Positions 12,690-23,802 of a stretch of 64,000 nucleotides of DNA are shown one piece after another; the first letter of the stretch is position 1; the number at the start of each line of letters is the position of its first letter. The DNA is taken from assembly GCF_028641065.1 (NCBI RefSeq), contig NC_073403.1, forward strand, positions 4,898,001-4,962,000, written 5' to 3'. The stretch is from Leucoraja erinacea. Its lineage: Eukaryota. Under the pieces are notes generated by a model. It was not told where the DNA came from. It made no database searches and worked only from the letters and a program-made list of their open reading frames with translations. The position numbers and the translations under genes are program-made.

Positions 12690-13238
12690 TGGTTCTTATA
12701 GAAACATATAAAATTCTTCAGGGATTGGACTGGCTAGATAGAAACATAGAAAATAGGTGCAGGAGTAGGCCATTCGGCCCTTCGAGCCAGCCATTCAATT
12801 TGGCTGATCATCCAAAATCAGTACCCCGTTCTGGCTATTTCCTCATATCCCTTGATTCCCTTGGCCCTAAGAGCTAAATCTAACTCTCTCTTGAAAACAT
12901 GAATGAAGGAAAAATGTTCCCGATGTTGGGGGAGTCCAGAACCAGAGGTCACAGTTTAAGAATAAGGGGTAGGCCATTTAGGACTGAGATGAGGAAAAAC
13001 TTTTTCACCCAGAGTTGTGAATCTGTGGAATTCTCTGCCACAGAAGGCACTGGAGGCCAATTCACTGGATGTTTCCAAGAGAGTTAGATGTAGCTCTTAG
13101 TGCTAAAAAAATCAAGGGATATGGGGAAAAAGCAGGAACGGGGGACTGATTTTAGATGATCGGCCATGATCATACTGAATGGCGGTACAGGTTCGAAGGG
13201 CTGAATGGCCTACTCCTGCACCTATTTTTTCTGTTTCT
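12690..13238 (+). mobile_element. CR1 3' fragment with a nested inverted CR1 3' end (~12738-12900)
   Basis: LIETYKILQGLD..MFPMLGESRTRGHSL interrupted by an antisense family tail. Confidence 0.8.
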
Positions 13239-13239
13239 A

Positions 13240-14375
13240 GGAAAGATGGAAGAGGGGGGAGGCAGGAGGTGATTGGGGGTGGATGGGGATGATGAGAGTG
13301 TGGGGAAGGAGAACGGTTGGGAAGAGCATGTGGGAAGGGAGTGTGGGGAATACGAGGAGGTGAGGAAGATGAGGGGGGGAGGGGGGTGTGGAGTGTGGAA
13401 AAGGGCATGTATGAAAGGAGAAGGGCTGGGACGATGGGGTGTGGAAGGAAAGGGGCCGGGGAAGAAAAGATGGGGGTTGACATGGAAAGCAGGGAGGGGG
13501 ATGGGATGTGGTGGAAAGAGGGAGTTTGGGGAGGAAGAGGACAAGGCAATGTGGCGGGTTAGGGTCGGTGGGGGGGGGGGGGGGGAGTAGATAAGACATG
13601 GGGTCAGCAGGTAGCTGTGGGTGGGGGGGCGGGGGTGGGGAGAGTGGACAAGGGGGAAGCAGGTAGCTGTGTGTGGGGAAGTGGACAAGGGGGGGGAGTA
13701 GATAAGACATGGGGTCAGTAGGTAACTGTGGGTGGGGAAGTGGACAAGAGGGCGGGGGGGGGGGGGGGAAGCAGGTAGGTGTGGGTGGGGAAGTGGACAA
13801 GAGGGCGGGGGGGGGGCAGCAGGGTGGGGGGGGCAGCAGTGGACAAGTGGGGGGGGAAGTAGACAAGGGGGGGGTCAGCAGGTATCTGTGGCGGGGGCAG
13901 TGGACAGGGGGGGGTCAGCAGGTAGCTGTGGTGGGGGAAGTGGACAGGGGGGGGGGGAGTAGATAAGACATGGGGTCAGGTAGCTGTGGTGGGGGCTGTG
14001 GGAGGGCGGGGCAAGCTGTGGGTGGGGAAGACGGGGGGGGGGGGGGGGGGGGGGGTCAGTAGGTATCTGTGGGTGGGGAAGTGGACAAGGGGGGGGGAGT
14101 TGATAAGACATGGGGTCAGTAGGTAACTGTGGGTGGGGAAGTGGACAAGAGGGCGGGCAGCAGGTGGCTGGGGGGGAAGTGGACAAGGGGGAGTAGTAGA
14201 CTGTGGGTCAGTAGGTAACTGTGGGTGGGAAGTGGACGTGGGGGGGGGGGGGGGGGAGTAGATATACATGGGTCAGCAGGTAGCTGTGGTGTGGGGAAGT
14301 GGACAAGGGGGGGGGGGGCAGCAGGTATCTGTGGGTGGGGAAGTGGACAAGGGGGGGGGGGGGGAGGCAGCAGAG
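13240..14375. repeat. G-rich low-complexity tract and minisatellite upstream of SNF8
   Basis: Repeated GGGGGGAGTAGATAAGACATGGGGTCAG(C/T)AGGTA(G/A/T)CTGTGGGTGGGGAAGTGGACAAG units separated by long G runs. Confidence 0.9.
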
Positions 14376-14540
14376 GAGGTGGGTGGTGCAGGGTTGGTTG
14401 TCCTGCGGTTCCACCTGGCGGCCGCGGCGGGAGGAGGAGGAGAAGGAGGAGGAGCCGGGGCCTTGGATCGAGGCGGCGGCCGGGGGCCGGAGCTTTCCCG
14501 TGGGCGAGGGCAGCGGCGGCGGCGGCGGCGGGGAGCGGCC

Positions 14541-14594
14541 ATGCACCGGCGGGGGGTCGGAGCCGGCGCTATCGCCCGCAAGAAGCTGGCGGAG
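14541..14594 (+). CDS. SNF8: SNF8 (ESCRT-II subunit Vps22/EAP30) coding exon 1
   Basis: GCCATG start; MHRRGVGAGAIARKKLAE matches the SNF8 N-terminus; donor GAG|GTGGGT. Confidence 0.97.
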
Positions 14595-14932
14595 GTGGGT
14601 GGCCGGGGCCGGGGGCCGGGGTCTGGGGTCTGGGGTTGGGGTAGGCCCCGGGGACAGGCCTCACTGCTACTGGTGGTGGGACCGTGCTAGAGTCAGGACA
14701 GTGACATTACTTGTTGCAGCACAGCAGCATAAATAAACCTCCAGGCAGGGGTTAAACTCCATTACAACAGGCAGACAAACATCCAGCAAGCGATCAGCCA
14801 TGATCATATAGATTGTCGGTGCAGGCTCGAGGGGCCGAATGGCCTACTCCTGCACCTGTTCTCTATGTGTCTAAATGTTTAGAGGGATCTGGGGCAACGT
14901 TGAACACAGAACAGTACAGCACAAGAACAGAC

Positions 14933-15566
14933 CCCTCACTCCCACCCTCACCCCCCCCCCCTCCCCTAACCCCCCCTCCCTCACTCCTCCCCTCACCCCC
15001 CCCCCTCACACTCACACCCCCCCCACTCTCAACCCCCATCCCACTCACCCCCCCCCACTCTCAACCTCTAACCCCCCTCCCTCACTCCCACCCTCACCCC
15101 CCACTCTCGCCCCCACCATTACTCCCCCACTCTCACTCCCAACCTACCCCCCTCACACCCCCCTCACCCCGCCACTCTCAACCTCCATCCCACTCACCTC
15201 TCACTCTCACCCCCTCCCTCCCTCCCTCTCACTCTCACCTCACCCCCCTCCCTCACTCTCACCCTCACCCCCCTCCCTCTAACCTCACTCACCCTCACCC
15301 CCCCTCCCTCACTCTCACCCCCCTCTCCCACTCACCCCCCTCTCTCACTCTCACTCTCCACTCTCCTCTCACCCCTCCCTTACCCCCACTCTCACTCTCA
15401 CCCCCCCTCCCTCACTCTCACCCTCACCCCCCCTCCCTAACTCCCACCCCTCCCTCACCCCCTCCCTCACTTACACTCTCACCCCCCCTCCCCCCACACT
15501 CTCACCCCCCTTCCCCACCTCACTGTCCCCACCTGGCCGCACACCCATTTATACCCTTCCCCCCCT
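14933..15566. repeat. C-rich low-complexity repeat in SNF8 intron 1
   Basis: (CCCTCACTCTCACCC)-like units; G nearly absent on +. Confidence 0.9.
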
Positions 15567-15924
15567 TTTAAAAATAAAAATAAACTTCAGAATAAAAAAT
15601 ATAAAGAATATATTATTATTATTATTAAATCGTTGAAAACATTAGCGACGCAGTGGTGCTGGTTTCCGATGGTCTTACAATGCTATTTGCGACAGTGATC
15701 GCAACTTCTACTGAAGTGTGGATGGCCGTTGGCTCGCTAGGAGCTCATCCGCCCTTTGACAGGTCTTGTTTTTGGTCCTGCTGGGGGTCCACAGCCCCCT
15801 GGCCTCACCTGGCAAACCAGGTGAGGGAGACGGTTTAGTCGCCGACTATCCGACCATGGAGCAGGTAGCACGGGATTACATGGTACCCTTGGCGGGGTGG
15901 AACTCCCCCCCCGACCTGACAATT

Positions 15925-16452
15925 CAGAGTCTGAGGATCCTTCAGTGCTTCTACTCTGGGGCTGTAGAAAGCATCTTGTCCGACAACATCACAATCTGGT
16001 TTGGGAACTGCTCCGCCCAGGACAGGAAGGCTCTGCAGAGAGTAGTGCGTTCGGCCGATCGCACTATGGGAACTACACTCGCCCCCCTGCAGGACCTATA
16101 CATCAGAAGGTGCAGATCCAGAGCCAGCAACATTATGGGGGACCCCTACCACCCCAGCAACGGACTGTTCCAGCTGCTACGGTCAGGCAAACGCCTCCGC
16201 TGTCATACGGTGAAAACAGTGAGGATGAGATGGAGTTTCTTCCCACAGGCCATCAGGACTGTAAACTCTTATCTCACCAGGGACTAATTTACTGTACTAA
16301 TTTACTGTTGTGTTGTGTCTTTTTTAAATTGTTTTTTTTCTAACATGTTTCTGTTCTGTTCTGTAGTTTTTACACAATCCGCAGGCATTGCCACTTTCAT
16401 TTCACTGCACATCTTGTATGTGTATGTGACAAATAAAGTTGACTTGACTTGA
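15925..16452 (+). mobile_element. Rex1/Babar LINE 3' fragment
   Basis: ESILSDNITIWFGNCSAQDRKALQRVVR...SFFPQAIR, ending AATAAAG(TTGAC)n. Confidence 0.85.
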
Positions 16453-17465
16453 ATATACACAAAACAAGAACAGTGCAAAAATGGTTCTGGCATTCTCGGA
16501 GACTATACATACATTCATTAATTTTTCCCCTCCACCTACATTCCTTCCTCTGGCTTCACAGTTCTCACTTTTTCTATCCTTATCTCCCACCTTTTGTATT
16601 TTCATCTCTTGCCTTTCTCCAATTGCCTATCAAAAACCACACTCACTTGTAGCCACCTATCATTCGCCAGGCTTTCTCCTGCCTCCTCCAGCTTTCTCCT
16701 CTTCCAGCCTTCCAGAGGTTATGAAATAAGTTTGCAAATTCAGTTTAGTTGATAGATACAGCGTGGAAACAGGCTCACCGAGTCCACTCCGACCAGCGAT
16801 CCCCACACACTGGGAAACACCCCTCCTTCTTCTTCTTGCCTATGCCGTGCACAGCCTAAAGTTGTAGGACAGCTTGTTCTATTTGATCTTATTTCATTGT
16901 GCACGCTGGGTTGATTGCATTCGTCGAAACAGGGCAGACCACGTGAAGGTTGCAATCTTCCACCCCACTGGGTAACACAATTTACAATTATACCAAGCCA
17001 ATTAGCCTGCAAACCTGTAGGGCTTTGGAGTGGGGTGGTAGGAATCCAGAGATTCCAGAGAAAACCCACGCAGGTCACAGGAGAACATATAAACTCCATA
17101 CAGACAGCACCCGTAGTCAGAATCAAACCCAGGTCTCCGCCGCTGTAAGGCAGCTACTATACCGCTGAGCCACACAAGGTTTACAGAAAATATTCAGTGA
17201 CAAAATGTTCAGGAGCAGTGGACTTGTCTCCAACTTTCTGAAGAATATTTGTACCACTAAAACATTATCTGGTCTTTACCACATGTAGGTCTGTGTTGTG
17301 TGCAGATTGCTACTACCTTTTCTGAATTTCCCCAATGACTTGATTTGAAACATTATTCTTTATATGTAAACATCATTACAACCTCAGGTCATGTAATAAG
17401 CTCTGCAAATGCGAAATGATATTTAAGTCTGACAGTAGACTGACTTGCAAACTTGATTTGTTTAG

Positions 17466-17516
17466 GCCAAATATAAGGAGAGAGGAACAGTGATGGCTGA
17501 GGATCAACTAATGCAG
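17466..17516 (+). CDS. SNF8: SNF8 exon 2
   Basis: tttag|AKYKERGTVMAEDQLMQ|gttagt, 51 nt. Confidence 0.96.
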
Positions 17517-17655
17517 GTTAGTGCTCAATGTCTTGAGTTGAAATCCCTTCATCTGATCATTTTTCCTGCCTGAGTTTTGCCTTTTAAATTCCTGCATCTT
17601 TTTCGGCGGAAGAAGTAGTGGACAGTATTACAAAAGTTTGTCCCACATTTTGCAG

Positions 17656-17794
17656 ATGTCAAAACAGTTGGAAATGTTCAAGACTCACCTGGAGGAATTT
17701 GCCAGCAAACACAAGCAGGAGATTCGGAAAAACTCAGAGTTTCGAGTTCAGTTTCAAGACATGTGTGCAACAATTGGAGTGGACCCCCTGGCAT
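17656..17794 (+). CDS. SNF8: SNF8 exon 3
   Basis: tgcag|MSKQLEMFKTHLEEFASKHKQEIRKNSEFRVQFQDMCATIGVDPLA|gtaagt, 139 nt. Confidence 0.97.
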
Positions 17795-18127
17795 GTAAGT
17801 CCAGAAACACAATGAAGTGCAGATGCAGGAATCTTAAGCAAAACACAAAGTGCTGGAGGAACTCAGTGGCCCAGGCAGCATCTGTGGATGGAACGGGCAG
17901 ATTGATGTTTGGGTTGGGACCCTTTTTCAGTCCTGATCCAAAAAGTCAGTACATTTCCTCCACAGATATTCATAAGTTAAAGGAGAAGAATTAGGCCATT
18001 TGGCCTATCAAGTCTACTCTGACATTCAAGCATGACTGCTCTATCTTTCCCTCTCAACCCCATTCACGTGCCTGCTGACCATAATCCCTGACACCCGTAG
18101 TAACCAAGAATCTGTCAATCTGTGCCT

Positions 18128-18360
18128 TGCGGCGGCACCTGATAGCAACCCAAGGTCACGACAAACCATCGGCTCTAGAGGGCAGCGTCTTGGTGGGGGA
18201 GGCACGAGTCACGGGGTTGTTATCTGAGTTATTATTTAAGGCCGGGCAACGCCCGTGTCAGCTGGGGAGTAGGGAGCTGTATGCAGAAGAATAAACACGT
18301 CTAGAGCACACACTTGTGTCGGACTAGTTTTTGGCTGGACTCCTGCCAGTCCCCGCCACA
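18128..18360 (+). mobile_element. Solo LTR (233 bp)
   Basis: TG...CA ends with inverted termini TGCGGCGG/CCGCCACA, 4-bp TSD-like GCCT/ACCT, TATTTAA (~18233) and AATAAA (18290); interrupts an antisense CR1 3' UTR. Confidence 0.75.
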
Positions 18361-18379
18361 ACCTTAAAAATACCCAATG

Positions 18380-18945
18380 ACAATGGCCGGACTGCAGAGC
18401 AAGAATTCACCAGATTCTGATTCCTAGAGAATGTCCAGGACTGTCTTCTGTTGAAAGCACTTTGGATAGACTTGTAATTGCCTACTCTCTAGAGTTTCCA
18501 GGATCCATATGTTGGAGGTGATCTTATATAGATGGACCTTTCCACAAAATTTCTTAAGGGCCTATCCTGACAGGCTAGATGCAGGAAGATTGTTCTGCCT
18601 AATCCTGTGATTGGGGAAGTCCAGGACAAGGGGTGTACAGCTTAGCAGGAAAAGGGGGAAATCCTTTAAAACCGAGATGAGGAGAACTTTTTTCACACAG
18701 AGAGTGGTGAATCTCTGGAACTCTCTGCCACAGAGGGTAGTTGAGGCCAGTTCATTGGCTGTATTTAAGAGGGAGTTAGATGTGGCCCTTGTGGCCGGGG
18801 GGATCAGGGGGTATGGAGAGAAGGCAGGTACGGGATACTGAGTTGGATGATCAGCCATGATCATATTGAATGGCGGTGCAGGCTCGAAGGGCCGAATGGC
18901 CTACTCCTGCACCTAATTTCTATGTTTCTATGTCTATGTTTCTAT
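18380..18945 (+). mobile_element. Young CR1 3' insertion in SNF8 intron 3 (5' part garbled)
   Basis: Close match to other CR1 copies from 18660 to 18945 with (CTATGTTT)n tail. Confidence 0.8.
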
Positions 18946-19483
18946 GACTTGGCCTCCACTGCCGTTTGTAGCAATGAATTCCACAGATTCACCACCCTCT
19001 GACTAGAGAAATTTCTCCTCATCTCCTTTCTGTTGCCTAACCAGCACTTTGTACTTTGCATGTAATCCTGCCTATTTCTCTCCAGTCAACTTTCCACTAT
19101 CCATATCCGTTGGGGGTGTTGGTTAGTATAGATGGACCTTTCCACGGCATTTATCCCATAGCATGCCTATCCTGAGGGCATTCGATGGGGCAGACTTTAT
19201 TCTGCCTAATCCTTGTGATCTTTGCCCTGGCAGTGTTTGATGGTACAGTGTACAGGGAGCAGGAAAAGGGTCCCAACCCAAAACATTGTCAAGCTCTTCC
19301 CTCCATCGATGTTGCCTGAGCTAGAGAGAGGTATCTAACCCAAAATGTGTCTCTGTATGTACCTTGTACCTTCACTGTATCTAACTGTACCTGTGCTTGA
19401 AGTGTTTGATGGGGGCAGTGTCAGAGCAGAAAGTATTAGGTAGACAAAAATGCTGGAGAAACTCAGCAGGTGAGGCAGCATCT

Positions 19484-19736
19484 ATGGAGCGAAGGAAATA
19501 GGCAACGTTTCGGGTCGAAACCCTTCCGGGTTTCGGCCCGAAATGTTACCTATTTCCTATAGTGGAGATTGTTCAACTCTTTGCATGGAGCGAAGGAAAT
19601 AGGCAACGTTTCGGGTCGAAACCCTTCTGGGTTTCGGCCCGAAACGTTACCTATTTCCTATAGTGGAGATTGTTCAACTCTTTGCATGGAGCGAAGGAAA
19701 TGGTCAACGTTTCGGGTCGAAACCCTATCTTCAGAC
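19484..19736. repeat. 101-bp tandem duplication (~2.5 copies) of a fold-back element plus flank
   Basis: ATGGAGCGAAGGAAAT... restarts at 19484, 19585 and 19686. Confidence 0.85.
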
Positions 19737-19870
19737 TAATGTGAGGGTGGGGGCAAAGTCACCGTAATAAAACAAACAGAATATTTGCCACCAATAATTG
19801 TATTACAGATTTTTGAAAGTTTCTATTCCACTACCACTGACTTGAGGTTTATTTTTCACTCCCCCTGTAG

Positions 19871-19975
19871 CCGGCAAAGGATTCTGGTCTGAGATGCTGG
19901 GTGTTGGAGATTTTTACTATGAGCTGGGAGTACAGATTATTGAAGTCTGCCTGGCTCTGAAACACAGAAATGGAG
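19871..19975 (+). CDS. SNF8: SNF8 exon 4
   Basis: tgtag|(S)[34 protein letters not shown]|gtaat, 105 nt. Confidence 0.97.
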
Positions 19976-20167
19976 GTAATACACTGACATTGTTCTGCAT
20001 GTGTCTCTGTGCTGTGTTCATGGGTGGAAATATAAAAGGCACTATAATTTAGTCATCAAGTTGTACAGCATGGAAACATGCCCTTTGGCCCAACTCTTCC
20101 ATGCCGACTAAGATGTCCCATCTATGCTAATCACATTTGCCTGCGTTTGGCCCATAACCCTCTAAAC

Positions 20168-20535
20168 CTGTGGTTCCCAACCTTTTTTTGGCCATGCCCC
20201 ACCTAATGACCTCTAAAATCCTGATGCCCTCACCCCCCCCCCATGTGGTGATATATAATTCTTATCATTTAAAAAGTGAACTCCGTTTCAGCTGAAGAAG
20301 CTTAAAACGCCAATACCTTGGTTTAAACAAGCTTCAAAAGAACATGGCATCCATGAAAAAGAAAAATGAAAGAAACAAAAGACAGTTAAAGTTCTGAGCA
20401 AGAAATTACTAAAAAATTGTAAAAATAAAATAAAACGAAAATTTGGACCCAGACCTCCTCAGTCGCGCTCAATTGCCTCCCTTAAAAATCAAATTGCTCC
20501 CCTGTGGGGCGTACGCCCCACGTTGGGAACCACTG
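20168..20535. mobile_element. hAT-type MITE
   Basis: TIRs CTGTGGTTCCCAAC / GTTGGGAACCACTG and perfect 8-bp TSD CTCTAAAC (20160-20167, 20536-20543). Confidence 0.9.
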
Positions 20536-20652
20536 CTCTAAACCCTTCCTATCCATGTAACTGTCCAAGTGTTTTTTAAATGCTGTTATTGTACCTGCCC
20601 CAACATCCTCCTCTGGAAGCTCGTTGCATATACCCACCACCATCTGAGTGAA

Positions 20653-21135
20653 GAAACATAGAAACATAGAAAAATAGATGCAGGAGTGTAGGCCCTTCAA
20701 TATGATCATGGCTGATCATCTAAAACCAGTATCCCGTTCCTGCTTTTTCCCAACATCCCTTGATTCCGTTAGCCCTAAGAGCTAAATCTAACTCTTGAAA
20801 AAATCCAGTGAATTGACAGAGAATACTGGCAGAGAATTCCACAGATTCATAACTCTGGGTAAAAAGTTTTTTTCCTGATCTCAGTCCTAAATGGCCTACC
20901 CCTTATTCTTAAAGTCCTGACATCCCAGGAATCAGTTTGGTGAACCTTCTCTGTACTCCCTCTATGGCAAGAATGTCCTTCCTCAGATTAGGAGACCAAA
21001 ACTGTACACAATACTCCAGCTGTGGTCTCACCAAGACCCTGTACAGTTGCAGTAGAACCTCCCTGCTCCTATACTCAAATACTATATATTGTAAATAACT
21101 GGGTCCCAGCACCGAGCCTAGCGGCACCCCACTAG
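20653..21135 (-). mobile_element. CR1 fragment in SNF8 intron 4
   Basis: [20 protein letters not shown]; tail seen as (GAAACATA)n on +. Confidence 0.85.
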
Positions 21136-22171
21136 TCTATCTTTGAGACCTTTGTTTGGACTCATGGACTTATTGGGTGAAAGGGCATGTCGGTAGCTTA
21201 TTTGGCTGTTATAAATTGACCTTAATTTGTTACAAAACTGGAGGAAATTGATGGAAGGAGGGGAGAATAAAAAAGACTGGGATTACTGCAGGATTGACGG
21301 TCAGCATGGACTTTGTGGACCAAAGGGCCATGTGAGGGAGAGGGTGATAGTAAGGAGTTCCAGAGCTAATCATGTGCTGGCTGAAACCTCTAGAGGGCAG
21401 TGTAAATTAGGAATGTGTGAGTGACCAGAACGGGATGTGGAGATGCCGGAGGGAGGAAGGGTCGTCGGGATTGGGAGGGGGAGGGGGAGGGGGACGATGG
21501 AATCAGATAAGAGGTGCTGCTGCTAGTCTGTTGGGAAGAGTTTCTTGCCCAGAGTAGATGAATCGAGGACCAGAGTACATAGGTTTACAGTGAAGGGGAA
21601 AAGATTTCAGAGGAATCTGAGGGGTAACCTTTTCACACAAAGGGTGGTGGGAACAAGCTGCCGGAGGAGGTAGTTGAGGCAGGGACTATTCCAATGTTTA
21701 AGAAAGAGTTAGGCAGGAACATGGAGTGGTGAGTCTCTGGGGAAGTCCAGGCCAAGGGGTCACAGCTTGGTGAATCTCTGGAATTCTCTGCCACAGAAGG
21801 TAGTTGAGGCCAGTTAATTGGCTATATTTAAGAGGGAGTTAGATGTGGCCCTTGTGGCTAAAGAGATCAGGGGGTATGGAGAGAAGGCAGGTACAGGATA
21901 CTGAGTTGGATGATCAGCCATGATCATCTTGAATGGCGGTGCAGGCTCGAAGGGCCGAATGGCCTACTCCTGCACCTATTTTCTATGTTTCTATGGATAG
22001 GACAGGTTTGGAGGGATATGGACCAAACGCAGGCAGGTGGGACTAGTATAGCTGGGACATGTTGGCCGGTGTGGGCAAGTTGGGCCAGTTTCCACATTCT
22101 ATTACTCTAAGACTTTGAGATGTATGGGGTCTGGGGCAGGAATCACCTCTCCTCCTTGTATCCTCGGACAG

Positions 22172-22244
22172 GCCTGATCACACTGGACGAGCTGCACCAG
22201 CGTGTGCTGAAAGGGAGAGGCAAGTTTGCCCAAGACGTCAGTCA
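22172..22244 (+). CDS. SNF8: SNF8 exon 5
   Basis: acag|(G)LITLDELHQRVLKGRGKFAQDVS|gtgagt, 73 nt. Confidence 0.96.
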
Positions 22245-22341
22245 GTGAGTAGTGGAGAGTAAAGAGAGTATCATCATGATTGCTGAGTGTCTTCTCAGTT
22301 CTTTGCATTCAAATTCTGTCCTCTGCAACCCGCTCATCCAG

Positions 22342-22483
22342 GGACGATCTCATCCGAGCGATAAAGAAGTTGAAGTCCTTGGGCAATGGCTTCACTATGA
22401 TCCCAGTGGGAGGCAGGTACCTGGTGCAGTCTGTTCCGGCCGAATTGAACATGGATCATACTGTGGTGCTGCAAATTGCAGAG
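22342..22483 (+). CDS. SNF8: SNF8 exon 6
   Basis: ccag|(Q)DDLIRAIKKLKSLGNGFTMIPVGGRYLVQSVPAELNMDHTVVLQIAE|gtaggt, 142 nt. Confidence 0.97.
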
Positions 22484-22796
22484 GTAGGTGTCCCGATTCC
22501 TGACAGCTTCTGCTGTTTAACTCAGCGGGGCGGGACAGGCAGCATCTCTGGAGAGAAGGCATGGGACCCCTTCTTGAGACTTAAAACGTCGCCAACTCCT
22601 TCCTTCAATCCAGAGATGCTGCCTGTCCCGCTGAGTTACTCCAGCATTTAGTGTCTATCTTCGGTTTACAGTTCCTTCTGAACCATCAAATTCTACTTGT
22701 GCTCTCCATTCAACTGTTTTGTTTCAAATACTTCATGTGTTTAGATTCTGATTTATTCGGGGAAGGGAATTAACTCAGCCCATCTTATTTTTACAG

Positions 22797-22871
22797 AGGA
22801 ATGGATACGTGACAGTCAGTGAGATCAAATCAAGCTTGAAGTGGGAGACGGAACGCACCAACCAGGTGTTG
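22797..22871 (+). CDS. SNF8: SNF8 exon 7
   Basis: ttacag|RNGYVTVSEIKSSLKWETERTNQVL|gtgggt, 75 nt. Confidence 0.96.
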
Positions 22872-23042
22872 GTGGGTATTTACACTTGGTCTGGGATTCC
22901 CACGGTAACACCTTGCTGTGCTTTGGAAACAGTGAATTAGACTGTTTGCATCAAACAGCTTTCATTTTCACACATCTTGAAATAACTTTTCAGTGCAAGG
23001 TGCTACATTCAAACAAATGGCACCAATGGGTGCAGAGTGATG

Positions 23043-23535
23043 AAACATAGAAAATAGGTGTAGGAGTAGGCCATTCAGCCCTTCGAGCCTGCACCGCCAT
23101 TCAATATGATCATGGCATGGACATGTTGGCCAGTGTGCTCAGTATCCTGTACCTGCTCAGTATCCTGTACCTGCCTTCTCTCCATACCCCCTGATCCCTT
23201 TGGCCACAAGGGCCACATCCAACTCCCTCTTAAATATAGCCAATGAACTGGCCTCAACTACCTTCTGTGACAGAGAATTCCACAGATTCACCACTCATTG
23301 TGTGAAATATGTTTTTCTCATCTCGGTCCTAAAAGACTTCCCCCTTATCCTTAAGCTGTGACCCCTTGGCCTGGACTTCCCCAACATCGGGAACAATCTT
23401 CCTGCATCTAGCCTGTCCAACCCCTTAAGAGTTTTGTATGTTTCTATAAGATCCCCCCTCAATCTTCTAAATTCTAGCGAGTACAAGCCGAGTCTATCCA
23501 GTCTTTCTTCGTATGAAAGTCTTGACATCCCATCA
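23043..23535 (-). mobile_element. CR1 3' fragment in SNF8 intron 7
   Basis: LSYEERLDRLGLYSLEFRRLRGDLIE, with reverse-complement family tail. Confidence 0.85.
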
Positions 23536-23664
23536 AGAAATATAGTTTGCATGTTGCTACCGACTACTTTATAGTTGATAGCTGTGGTGTGAAAAACAGT
23601 GGGCCGAAGGGCCTGTGTCCACACTCTAGTTCTAAACTATAATGAAGCTTCCCAACTTTTTCAG

Positions 23665-23802
23665 GAACACTTGTTGAAGGAAGGCTTGGCGTGGATTGAC
23701 AAGCAGGCTCCCGACGAGCCTCAGTATTGGCTGCCTGCCCTATTCTCTGACCTGTACTCTCGGGACGTGACACCAGAGGAAGCTGATGAAAGCTTGCCAT
23801 GA
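23665..23802 (+). CDS. SNF8: SNF8 exon 8 (last coding exon)
   Basis: ttcag|EHLLKEGLAWIDKQAPDEPQYWLPALFSDLYSRDVTPEEADESLP*. The eight exons total 777 nt = 258 aa + stop. Confidence 0.97.
   Translation, partial: EHLLKEGLAWIDKQAPDEPQYWLPALFSDLYSRDVTPEEADESLP

Noticed and set aside
13112-15571. Many Pro/Gly-rich ORFs up to 252 aa
   Set aside because: Translations of G/C low-complexity repeats; only 14541-14594 is coding.
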